Notes: generated by a model from the sequence alone, not told the origin. 64,000 nucleotides of DNA from Candidatus Parcubacteria bacterium (GCA_002869165.1 PKTK01000013.1:50124-114123); one strand, 5' to 3'. Shown: positions 1 to 7,134, counted from the first letter of the stretch. Program-made: numbers and translations.

Positions 1-2
1 TT

Positions 3-380
3 ATAGCTATTAACAAACAAAAGAAGATCATCGGTGCTTATCTTTTTACCGCCATTACATCTTTAACAGCTTATGTGATCTTGATTCCAAAGTTTTCTTA
101 TTTTGCTGCTGCTTGGATAACTATTTATTCAGAAGTTTTCATTGCTCTGGCTAGCTTCTATATTGTCTGGAAATTCACCAAATTTATTCCCAATTTTTTA
201 GTAATGCTTAAAAGCTTACTAGCTTCTACAGCCATGCTTGGTTTAATTTATATACTAGAATACCAAGGGATTTTTAATTTAATCTATCTTATAAGCTCTG
301 CTTTTGTATCTTACTTTGTTTTTCTTTTTCTATTCCGAGGAATAAGCAAAGAAGATATCTTAAGTTTAATCAATAAATAA
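3..380 (+). CDS. C-terminal fragment of a polytopic membrane protein (possibly a MOP/Wzx-type flippase); the ORF is open to the left window edge
   Basis: The frame stays open from base 3 to the TAA at 378-380. The product is a run of hydrophobic helices. It lies 2 nt upstream of a glycosyltransferase gene. The family is guessed from context only. Confidence 0.4.
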   Translation: MAINKQKKIIGAYLFTAITSLTAYVILIPKFSYFAAAWITIYSEVFIALASFYIVWKFTKFIPNFLVMLKSLLASTAMLGLIYILEYQGIFNLIYLISSAFVSYFVFLFLFRGISKEDILSLINK

Positions 381-382
381 AA

Positions 383-1522
383 ATGAAAAATATCCTCATA
401 ATAAATACAAATACAAACAACGATTACTGGCTAGAATATTTTGATTATTTAAAAATAAAAAATTGTCAGCTTTTTTTTCTAAGCTCTGACAAAAAACTTT
501 TAGCATCTTTAAAAAAAAGAGGTTACTGGCACAAAAAAATATTTTGTCTTTTTAAAAACAAGCTAAGTTTTTTTAAAAAAATAATTTTTTGCTTATTGCG
601 TCCCCTTGATTTTTTGAAATCTTTTGTAATACTTTCTTATTTTAAATTATCAAAAAAAATTGATACTCTTATTCTTTTTGCAAATTCAGAAAAAATTTCA
701 TACTCAAGAGCTGCTAAACTTCTTGCTTTAAAAGTTTATTGGATAAATTCTCCAGATGCTGAACTCTCCAATACTGGCTTCTGTCCAAAAAACCTATCCA
801 AGCTTTCTCGCTTAGCTCAAGTTATAGTTATGTTAGACAAGCAAAAGAGCAAACTCTTGGAGCAAGGTTACGACGAAACTAATATCAGCAAAATTAATAT
901 CGGTATAAAAAAGAATAAACTAGCAGAACAAAAAAATATTTTTCAAAGCATTGCTCAAAACACCACCCAAGGAAATTACAAAAAATTCTACACCGTTGGC
1001 ACTATCCAGGAACTATCTGGTGATGTCAGTCACATTGAAAAACTACTTCATTCAACAAAAAACTGTCTGGATGTTATACCTCATATTCAATTAATTATTG
1101 CTGGTGAGGGTCCAGAAAGAAAAAGACTTAGCTGGATGGCTAACAAAATGGAAATCAACAATCTTGTTTGGTTTGTTGGCAACCACCGCCACCCCCAAAA
1201 ATGGCTTAGTAACTTTGATGTTTTTATTTCCACCACGCCTAAACCAAATATCAAAGATATTAGCATCTTGCTTATGGCAATGTGTAATGGCTTGTGTGTA
1301 ATTGCACCAAACAATGCCGGACTAAATGAAATAATCGAAAATAATCACTCAGGTCTATTGGCAGACATACCTGAAGGTGATGATTTAACAAGTAAAATTA
1401 TAAACTCTCAACAAAATTTTCAAAAAAGAAAAAAACTAGGTGAAAATGCCAAGCTTTTTGCCAATGAAAATTTCCGTCTACAGGACAGTTTGGAAAAATT
1501 CTATGCCACACTTGAAAAATAA
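383..1522 (+). CDS. Glycosyltransferase, GT-B fold (family 4-like)
   Basis: The C-terminal half carries a GT4-style donor-binding region: IIAGEGPERKRL ... DVFISTTPKPNIKDISILLMAMCNGLCVIAPNNAGLNEIIENNHSGLL. Confidence 0.75.
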   Translation: MKNILIINTNTNNDYWLEYFDYLKIKNCQLFFLSSDKKLLASLKKRGYWHKKIFCLFKNKLSFFKKIIFCLLRPLDFLKSFVILSYFKLSKKIDTLILFANSEKISYSRAAKLLALKVYWINSPDAELSNTGFCPKNLSKLSRLAQVIVMLDKQKSKLLEQGYDETNISKINIGIKKNKLAEQKNIFQSIAQNTTQGNYKKFYTVGTIQELSGDVSHIEKLLHSTKNCLDVIPHIQLIIAGEGPERKRLSWMANKMEINNLVWFVGNHRHPQKWLSNFDVFISTTPKPNIKDISILLMAMCNGLCVIAPNNAGLNEIIENNHSGLLADIPEGDDLTSKIINSQQNFQKRKKLGENAKLFANENFRLQDSLEKFYATLEK

Positions 1523-1547
1523 TTGTTTTTCTGCTTTAATACTATAA

Positions 1548-2261
1548 ATGAAATACGAACTAATAGACAAAACAAAAGACTATCTAGTTATTAACAAACC
1601 AGCTGGCCTACTCACACACGGGGCTCCTCATATCAAGGAGCCTTCTTTGGTTGACCAACTCATCAAAGATTTCCCCGAGATTATAGGTGTTGGAGAGGAT
1701 CCGGAACGACCTGGTATCATGCATCGACTTGATAAAATGGCTTCTGGAATATTGGTTATAGCTAAAAACATGGACAGTTTTGATTCACTCAAAAAACAAT
1801 TCAAAGAAAGAACAGTAAAAAAAGAATACTCGGCCCTTGTGTTTGGCAAACTTGAAAAAGATGAAGATGATATAAATTTCCCTATCAAACGAAGTAGCAA
1901 AGGCTTCAAAATGGCAGCCCTCCCAGCAACCAAAGATGGCAAAGACAATAAAGACGGGCGAAGAGCCATGACTCATTTCTGGGTCAATAAAAGGTTTTTT
2001 CACTATACCCTTATAAATGTAGCCATCAAAACCGGTAGAACTCACCAAATACGTGTACACATGTCAGCTTATGGACACCCACTTGTTGGTGATGATGTCT
2101 ATGGCACCAAAAAAACTCGCATCAAAAACAAAAAAATTAATCTTGGACGAATTTTCCTAGTTGCTCGTAAACTAGAATTTCAGAACTTAAAAGGAGAAAC
2201 TGTTAAATACGAAATAGATTTACCAACAGAACTAAAAGAATTTTTAGATACTATCAAATAA
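1548..2261 (+). CDS. RluA-family pseudouridine synthase (no S4 domain)
   Basis: Contains the catalytic-Asp motif HRLDKMASGILVIAKN and the motif GRTHQIRVHMSAYGHPLVGDDVYG. Confidence 0.85.
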   Translation: MKYELIDKTKDYLVINKPAGLLTHGAPHIKEPSLVDQLIKDFPEIIGVGEDPERPGIMHRLDKMASGILVIAKNMDSFDSLKKQFKERTVKKEYSALVFGKLEKDEDDINFPIKRSSKGFKMAALPATKDGKDNKDGRRAMTHFWVNKRFFHYTLINVAIKTGRTHQIRVHMSAYGHPLVGDDVYGTKKTRIKNKKINLGRIFLVARKLEFQNLKGETVKYEIDLPTELKEFLDTIK

Positions 2262-2262
2262 T

Positions 2263-2364
2263 CCCCTCTAAAAAGAGGGGTGGCCTAAAAGGCCGGGGTG
2301 TGTCTTGCATTAAACGACTTAACACTCCTCCCCCTTCGGGTACTCCCCTTGCTAGGGGAGAATT
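2263..2364. repeat. Composite G+C-rich hairpin repeat (family B), full copy
   Basis: The unit reads CCCCTC-loop-GAGGGG, GGCC-loop-GGCC, then CTCCCCCTTCGGGTACTCCCCT-loop-AGGGGAGAATT. The same composite occurs inverted at 12073-12172, and half of it at 3611-3665. Confidence 0.7.
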
Positions 2365-2375
2365 ATTCTTACTTT

Positions 2376-2417
2376 TGTCATCCTGGGGCCGAGCAGAGCG
2401 AGGAACCCGGGATCCAG
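2376..2417. repeat. Single arm of the TGTCATYCC...GGAATGACA repeat family (family A)
   Basis: TGTCATCCTGGGGCCGAGCAGAGCGAGGAACCCGGGATCCAG is closely similar to the arms at 4415-4462 and 39809-39858. Confidence 0.6.
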
Positions 2418-2517
2418 AAAAAAAATACCCCGCTTTTCATTCAATTTTTCGTCCCCTTCCTTGTTTGAAGGAGAGGCTAGGGGTGGTTTTAAAAATAAAA
2501 TTCTATACCAAAAAACT

Positions 2518-3081
2518 ATGAAAAACATATTTATAATCTCAGGTCCATCAGGAGTAGGAGAAGATTCAATTATCAAGGGACTCAAAAAAATCCTTCCAAT
2601 TGAAGTTATTATTACTACTACAACGAGAGATTTAAGACCAGGTGAATCACAAGGAAATCCTTATTATTTTATTTCAAAAGAAGAATTTAAAAACGGAATA
2701 GAGAATAATGAGTTTTTTGAATATGCCAAGGAATATAATGATAATTACTACGGGGTTACACACAAGGAAATAGAAAGAATAAAAAACAGTGACAAAATCG
2801 GAATTTGGAAGATTGAATATAAAGGAGTGATATATGCCAAAAAAATGTTTCCAAATATTATTGCTATTTTTATTAATGCACCTCTTGATATACTAGAAAA
2901 AAGAATAAGAAATAGAAGCAATGTTAGCGAAGAATATATAAAAGAAAGACTAGACTATACTAGAGAATGGTTGAAAAATATTGATATTTATAACTACAAA
3001 GTGGAAAATGAAGAAGGGAAACTAAAAGATACTATCAAAAAAGTAGCTAATATTATAGAAAAAAACTATATTGACGACTAG
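2518..3081 (+). CDS. gmk: Guanylate kinase
   Basis: Contains the P-loop ISGPSGVGEDS and the GMP-binding region TTTTRDLRPGESQGNPYYF. I placed the start at the ATG at 2518 because the upstream part of the tracked ORF lies in G+C-rich repeat DNA. Confidence 0.85.
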   Translation: MKNIFIISGPSGVGEDSIIKGLKKILPIEVIITTTTRDLRPGESQGNPYYFISKEEFKNGIENNEFFEYAKEYNDNYYGVTHKEIERIKNSDKIGIWKIEYKGVIYAKKMFPNIIAIFINAPLDILEKRIRNRSNVSEEYIKERLDYTREWLKNIDIYNYKVENEEGKLKDTIKKVANIIEKNYIDD

Positions 3082-3092
3082 CGCAGAAATTA

Positions 3093-3121
3093 TTGACAAA
3101 AAAACTAAAATACGTTAATAT
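3093..3121 (+). promoter_or_regulatory. Sigma-70-type promoter upstream of rplS
   Basis: TTGACA (3093-3098), a 17-nt spacer, then TAATAT (3116-3121). A small hairpin TAGAAC-GCTTGT-GTTCTA lies in the leader. Confidence 0.5.
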
Positions 3122-3180
3122 AACGAAAGATAATTAACGACGAAATAGAACGCTTGTGTTCTATTTTTATATTTAATAAT

Positions 3181-3573
3181 ATGTCAGAAGAAAAGAAAAC
3201 TGAATCAGTAGCCACAGCTGAAGAGGTAAAAACTGAAGAAACAAAGAATATTCCTGAATTAAAATCTGGAATGGTTATTCGTGTTTATCAAAAAATTAAA
3301 GAACTTAATATCAAAGGTGAAGAAAAAGAACGTGTTCAGTATTTTGAAGGAAGGATTATTGCTATAAAACATGGCAAGGAAACTGGTGCAACTATCACAG
3401 TTAGAAAAGTTTCTAACGGAGTTGGAGTAGAAAAAATCTTACCACTAAACCTACCAACAATTGAAAAGATTGAAATCAAAAAAGAAGCTAAAATCAGAAG
3501 ATCAAAACTATATTTCCTAAAACGTGGTTTCAAGAGAAAATTGAAAGAAACAATTTTTGCTAACAAGAAATAA
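3181..3573 (+). CDS. rplS: 50S ribosomal protein L19 with an acidic N-terminal extension
   Basis: The L19 core reads VIRVYQKIKE...RVQYFEGRIIAIKHGKETGATITVRKVSNGVGVEKILPLNLP. The start is taken at the ATG at 3181. Confidence 0.85.
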   Translation: MSEEKKTESVATAEEVKTEETKNIPELKSGMVIRVYQKIKELNIKGEEKERVQYFEGRIIAIKHGKETGATITVRKVSNGVGVEKILPLNLPTIEKIEIKKEAKIRRSKLYFLKRGFKRKLKETIFANKK

Positions 3574-3610
3574 AAACCTCATTCAACTCACATAACAAGT
3601 TTAACAATAT

Positions 3611-3665
3611 AATTCTCCCCTAAGCTAGGGGAGTACCCGAATGGAGTGAGGGGGAGGGGTGTGTA
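3611..3665. repeat. Family B G+C-rich repeat, partial copy
   Basis: AATTCTCCCCTAAGCTAGGGGAGTACCCGAATGGAGTGAGGGGGAGGGGTGTG matches, in reverse complement, 2327-2364 and, directly, 12073-12115. Confidence 0.65.
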
Positions 3666-3725
3666 GCCGTGGAGGTTTCCGCCCAAGGCGGACCAGGTCG
3701 GATGACCTGGCAAGTCCATTTTTAT

Positions 3726-3812
<87 letters not shown>

Positions 3813-3844
3813 AAAAAAGATTTTAAAAACAAAATAAATATCAC

Positions 3845-3918
3845 GGATGCATAGCTCAGTTGGCTAGAGCACCTCGTTTACACCGAGGGGGTCCGGGGTT
3901 CGAGTCCCTGTGCATCCA
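3845..3918 (+). tRNA. tRNA-Val (anticodon TAC)
   Basis: Acceptor stem GGATGCA/TGCATCC. D-arm GCTC...GAGC. The anticodon loop is TTTACAC in stem CCTCG/CGAGG. The T-arm is CGGGG-TTCGAGT-CCCTG. CCA is not encoded. Confidence 0.85.
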
Positions 3919-3929
3919 CAACTAAAAAG

Positions 3930-3955
3930 CTACACCGGAAGGTGTAGTTTTTTTG
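3930..3955 (+). terminator. Intrinsic terminator after tRNA-Val
   Basis: Stem CTACACC-GGAA-GGTGTAG followed by T7. Confidence 0.7.
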
Positions 3956-3982
3956 TTGCGGATGCATTGGGAAATCGAACCC
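3955..3982 (-). repeat. Inverted degenerate copy of the tRNA-Val 3' half
   Basis: The reverse complement, GGTTCGATTTCCCAATGCATCCGCAAC, compares with the tRNA 3' end GGTTCGAGTCCCTGTGCATCCACAAC. Confidence 0.7.
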
Positions 3983-4074
3983 CGGATTTGGATGGATCAA
4001 AAGAAGTTCAAAGTTAGTGGCTTGAAAGAAATAACATAAACTACATAATAAACGTATTCGACTGAAGTCGGTGA

Positions 4075-4095
4075 GAGTCCCTGTGCATCCACAAC
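4075..4095 (+). repeat. Direct 21-nt copy of the tRNA-Val 3' end (att-like)
   Basis: GAGTCCCTGTGCATCCACAAC is identical to 3902-3922. The identity starts inside the T-loop. Confidence 0.8.
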
Positions 4096-4099
4096 AAAA

Positions 4100-4130
4100 A
4101 GAACACTCTGAAAAAAGGGTGTTCTTTTTA
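4100..4130 (+). terminator. Intrinsic terminator-like hairpin after the tRNA-Val 3' copy
   Basis: Stem AGAACAC...GTGTTCT followed by TTTTTA. Confidence 0.55.
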
Positions 4131-4155
4131 TTCAAATCTAAGACCTTATAGACTT

Positions 4156-4320
4156 TTATCTACTCCTCAAATCCTTAATCTCCACTCTTCCTCTTCCCTT
4201 ATCTACAATCTCCATTTTTTGCTTTTCTTTCCAGTTGTACTTTTCTATGATCTCTTTGGGAATTACCAAATAGTAGCTATATTTGGATACTTTTGTTAAT
4301 TTTGATATGTTTTTTTTCAT
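4156..4320 (-). CDS. AbrB/MazE/SpoVT-type small DNA-binding protein (antitoxin-like, no adjacent toxin)
   Basis: The 54-aa product contains YYLVIPKEIIEKYNWKEKQKMEIVDKGRGRVEIKD, the swapped-hairpin pattern (x-IPKEI-x ... G-x-V/I-E-I). I used the ATG at 4320; the tracked start at 4338 is a TTG. Confidence 0.5.
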   Translation of the reverse strand: MKKNISKLTKVSKYSYYLVIPKEIIEKYNWKEKQKMEIVDKGRGRVEIKDLRSR

Positions 4321-4342
4321 GATTTTATTATAACACAAAAAT

Positions 4343-4376
4343 AGTACGTACTATAGTACGTACTATGGTACGTACC
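4343..4376. promoter_or_regulatory. Three tandem 10-bp palindromes (candidate operator) upstream of the AbrB-like gene
   Basis: AGTACGTACT is at 4343 and 4355, and GGTACGTACC at 4367, giving a 12-bp period. They overlap the expected -35 region of a minus-strand TATAAT (4331-4326). That TATAAT lies only 5 nt from the ATG, which implies a leaderless mRNA. Confidence 0.5.
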
Positions 4377-4400
4377 AAACCCTTCTAGTTCTTTAAATAT

Positions 4401-4627
4401 TTAGTGTGACATTTTTGTCATTCCCGGCCGGAGCGAAGCGAAGGGGAAGGGAATCCTAGGGGTGCTAGTAAAAATATCAATAAAGAACAAAAAGTAATTA
4501 AGAGATAAGAAATGTTTTATATTAGTATTTTTATTCCTAGCTCTTGCCCCTAGATTCCCTTCCCCTTCGCCATTTGCTCGCTTCGCTTGCAAGGCTTCGG
4601 CCGGGAATGACAAAAATGTCACACTAA
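4401..4627. mobile_element. MITE-like palindromic element (family A): roughly 65-80-bp inverted arms around an AT-rich core
   Basis: The left arm is TTAGTGTGACATTTTTGTCATTCCCGGCCGGAGCGAAGCGAAGGGGAAGGGAATCCTAGGGG. The right arm is its imperfect reverse complement, ending GGCCGGGAATGACAAAAATGTCACACTAA. It has no coding capacity. Confidence 0.65.
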
Positions 4628-4729
4628 ATGTTACAGAGCCGCCCTTCCTTGCAATATTAAAGCACATATAATATACTAACTTTAATTAAATTTTATACAA
4701 ATAGTTCATTGAAAAAAAGGAGAAAAGTT

Positions 4730-5200
4730 ATGGCTGGAAGTGCTGTAGTAGGATTTCATATGGACGACCTGAATAAACCTCGTTATTGTCGACTCTGTGA
4801 CAAAAACCATTCACCAGAGGAACATCCAGAGGTTCCGCCTAGACTGAAAATGCAAATTGAGTTTGAGGAATACGAAGAAATTCTGAAAAAAATTCCCCTG
4901 ACAATTACCTGCCGGAAACAAATCAAAAAAAATCTAGCAGAACTCAGAAAAACCAAAAACATTACAGAAGAAAAAATTACTATTACAACTAAAAGATTCC
5001 TTGAATTAAGTCAAGCTTTTCACAAAGAAAACAATAGTGTTTTTCAATACTACCATAACGAAATGGCATGTTCTGTGGTATCCAATGCTTATAGCAGGAT
5101 TATCTCAAAAATTATCATTAACTGTCTTGAAAATACACCGGTAACTGAAGGGCAGTCTAGGGTTTTACTAGAAATTATCAATTGGCTAAAAAAATTATAA
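4730..5200 (+). CDS. Hypothetical protein
   Basis: An AGGAG Shine-Dalgarno sequence lies 8 nt before the ATG at 4730, and a strong terminator follows. I recognised no family. The N-terminus contains CRLCDKNH. Confidence 0.5.
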   Translation: MAGSAVVGFHMDDLNKPRYCRLCDKNHSPEEHPEVPPRLKMQIEFEEYEEILKKIPLTITCRKQIKKNLAELRKTKNITEEKITITTKRFLELSQAFHKENNSVFQYYHNEMACSVVSNAYSRIISKIIINCLENTPVTEGQSRVLLEIINWLKKL

Positions 5201-5214
5201 CAATCCCCAAAAAA

Positions 5215-5240
5215 CCGTAAGCAAAAAACTTACGGTTTTA
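5215..5240 (+). terminator. Intrinsic terminator
   Basis: CCGTAAG-CAAAAAA-CTTACGG followed by a T-run. Confidence 0.75.
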
Positions 5241-5316
5241 TATTTAAAATTAGCAAAATCGACCTCTCTTCCCTTTTTTAAAAAAATAATATATAATACA
5301 AGCAACAAACAAAATA

Positions 5317-5417
5317 TAAAACCTGGTAGATATGTGGATGTCACTCTTCATTTTATGCCGATGCTATCCAAAATCCCTCTCTTTCTCTCTCCGACAGATA
5401 CTGTTTACCAGGTTTTA
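5317..5417. repeat. Perfect 12-bp inverted repeat enclosing 77 nt
   Basis: TAAAACCTGGTA (5317-5328) pairs with TACCAGGTTTTA (5406-5417). The interior holds a CT-rich tract and no ORF. Confidence 0.5.
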
Positions 5418-5459
5418 TTTTCAATTTAAAAACCAGGAAAAAATTCATGGTTTCTTTTT

Positions 5460-5933
5460 TTAGGCATATCTTTTCTGTTTTTTTCTTCTGTATAGATGTG
5501 CTAAAGATAATACAATTGCCATTGCTACGACCCATTGAAATAAAGTCAGAAGAAAAAATGGTTTTTCTCTGATTGCTTGTTTGATGAGAAGCTCAATTAC
5601 TATAGCTGAGATTGGAGAAAAAGAAATAACTAGTAATATTCTATCTTCAAAGCAGTAGCCAAACCCAGACTGAAGCAAGGGCGAAGCGGAAATTGTGATC
5701 ATCAAAAATAAGAAAAGAAAAGAAAATATTCCTGAATAATTCTCCAAAGTTATTGGAAAAATAATACCAAACATTAAAGTAACAAGCATTGACATAGCAA
5801 CAAAAGAAATAACAAAAAGCGCTTCCATGCCACTATATTCTGGTCCATGATCCTCAAAGTTTTTGGCTGATATAAACAAAAATATCGCACAGATTGCTAA
5901 CAAAACAATTACACTCGAAATGTTTAAAATCAT
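5460..5933 (-). CDS. Hypothetical polytopic membrane protein
   Basis: About 5 predicted TM helices and a basic C-terminal tail (RRKKQKRYA). It overlaps the upstream gene by 4 nt. Confidence 0.5.
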   Translation of the reverse strand: MILNISSVIVLLAICAIFLFISAKNFEDHGPEYSGMEALFVISFVAMSMLVTLMFGIIFPITLENYSGIFSFLFLFLMITISASPLLQSGFGYCFEDRILLVISFSPISAIVIELLIKQAIREKPFFLLTLFQWVVAMAIVLSLAHLYRRKKQKRYA

Positions 5934-6406
5934 TTCTTCACCCTTTTCCTTTTATTTTTACCAAAATAAATACTCATCTCAAAAGTAATAATAGGTAAAA
6001 ACACGACAAAAAACCAAATAGTTAGAAGTCTTTGAAAATCTGGTGCTAAAGAAAAATAAGAACATCGATAAAACTCAAATAAAGTAAGTAAAAACAATGA
6101 AACAAATCCTGCTTGCGGAAACCTAAGACGAAAGTTAGTTCTTTCCTCGTTTGGGAAAAACAGAATCAACACAAACAAAAGAAAACAAAAAACTATTAAC
6201 GTGTAAGAATACATCTCTTCTGAAAGTATTGGTATTTTTGTGGAAACAAAAAAAGTGCCCACGAATACGAATATAGATATTCCAATTGCCCTAAGCGCTT
6301 CTGAATTTCTAAAATCTAAATCTTTTGCTTGCATTCTTTTTTTTATTATTTCTGAAAAAACACCTAGTAAAACCGCAATAATTGCAATATTTAATAATGA
6401 TTTCAT
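5930..6406 (-). CDS. Hypothetical polytopic membrane protein, similar in size and layout to its neighbour
   Basis: About 5 TM helices and a basic tail (KNKRKRVKK). It is translationally coupled to 5460-5933. Confidence 0.5.
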   Translation of the reverse strand: MKSLLNIAIIAVLLGVFSEIIKKRMQAKDLDFRNSEALRAIGISIFVFVGTFFVSTKIPILSEEMYSYTLIVFCFLLFVLILFFPNEERTNFRLRFPQAGFVSLFLLTLFEFYRCSYFSLAPDFQRLLTIWFFVVFLPIITFEMSIYFGKNKRKRVKK

Positions 6407-6540
6407 GTCTTCCTCCTTTTTTTAATGAACGTGCTTACAGAATATCTAATATTTTAGCTAATGTCAAACAATTATTGACAAATAGCGATTCACAAACTAA
6501 ACTATAATAAATACGTTCTTTTTAAAAAAAGGAGATAGAA

Positions 6541-6738
6541 ATGTTATATAATTTTGCAATAGTTATTATAATTATTGGCATATCAAGCTATATTTACAAC
6601 TTAAAAAATAAGCATTATTACGATGAGGAAAATTGCAGTACCTTCAGGTTTGCTTCAGTGATAATTACTGAAATTGCATGGAAGCTTTGTTTGCTTGGTC
6701 TTTTTGTTTGTTTAATCTTTGCTAGTTTTTATAGGTGA
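6541..6738 (+). CDS. Small two-TM membrane protein
   Basis: A GGAG Shine-Dalgarno sequence precedes the start. The 65-aa product has two hydrophobic helices. Confidence 0.4.
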   Translation: MLYNFAIVIIIIGISSYIYNLKNKHYYDEENCSTFRFASVIITEIAWKLCLLGLFVCLIFASFYR

Positions 6739-6741
6739 GAC

Positions 6742-7134
6742 ATGACTAGAAATATCAATAATTCAACAATTGTAAATTGTTTTGAAGCAGCTAGAAGCTT
6801 GCGTGAATACTTGGTTTATGAGGAATATAATGTTTTCTCATTCCAAGCAGAAACCCAACACAAAAAGCACGAGCCTTTTATAGTAATAAATCTACCGTTT
6901 ATGTGTATATTGGATAACTTGCCGGTAAACTGGGATGGTTTTCATGTAAAATATATATTTTGTGAAGACCCTGAACATCAAATCAACGAATATACGATTA
7001 TTACTTCTACCAAAAAAAATCAAGCTGACAAACTACATCTTAATTTGGAGGATTTTGAAAAAGTTAAAACAATTCAAGAAAAATCTGTCAAAATACTATC
7101 AAGTATAGAAAAAAGTTACCGATTTATAAACTAA
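6742..7134 (+). CDS. Hypothetical protein
   Basis: It is coupled to 6541-6738 by a 3-nt gap and a terminator follows. I recognised no motif. Confidence 0.45.
   Translation: MTRNINNSTIVNCFEAARSLREYLVYEEYNVFSFQAETQHKKHEPFIVINLPFMCILDNLPVNWDGFHVKYIFCEDPEHQINEYTIITSTKKNQADKLHLNLEDFEKVKTIQEKSVKILSSIEKSYRFIN

Noticed and set aside
2300-2585. Tracked ORFs 2300-2521(+) and 2352-2585(-), the N-terminal 19 codons of the gmk ORF, ORFs 3588-3813(-) and ORF 4401-4667(-).
   Set aside because: They lie within G+C-rich repeat elements or overlap tRNA-Leu. The open frames are a by-product of G+C-rich DNA in an AT-rich genome.
3661-3725. An SRP (4.5S) RNA suggested by ACCAGGTC...GACCTGGCAAG upstream of tRNA-Leu.
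   Set aside because: It forms a simple hairpin with a GGAT loop. The conserved GGAA tetraloop and AGCA/GGAAGCAGC symmetric-loop motifs are absent.
3955-4098. A second, intron-containing tRNA-Val gene. It begins GGATGCA and ends GAGTCCCTGTGCATCCA, with about 110 nt between.
   Set aside because: No D-arm, anticodon arm or complete T-arm can be drawn. The 5' part is better explained as an inverted copy of the tRNA 3' half, because the acceptor sequence GGATGCATCC is itself palindromic.
5340-5380. A fluoride (crcB-motif) riboswitch suggested by GCCGATGCTATCC, next to two small membrane-protein genes.
   Set aside because: The similarity is limited to a few bases. The membrane proteins lack CrcB motifs. 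The element lies at their 3' end, not in a 5' leader.
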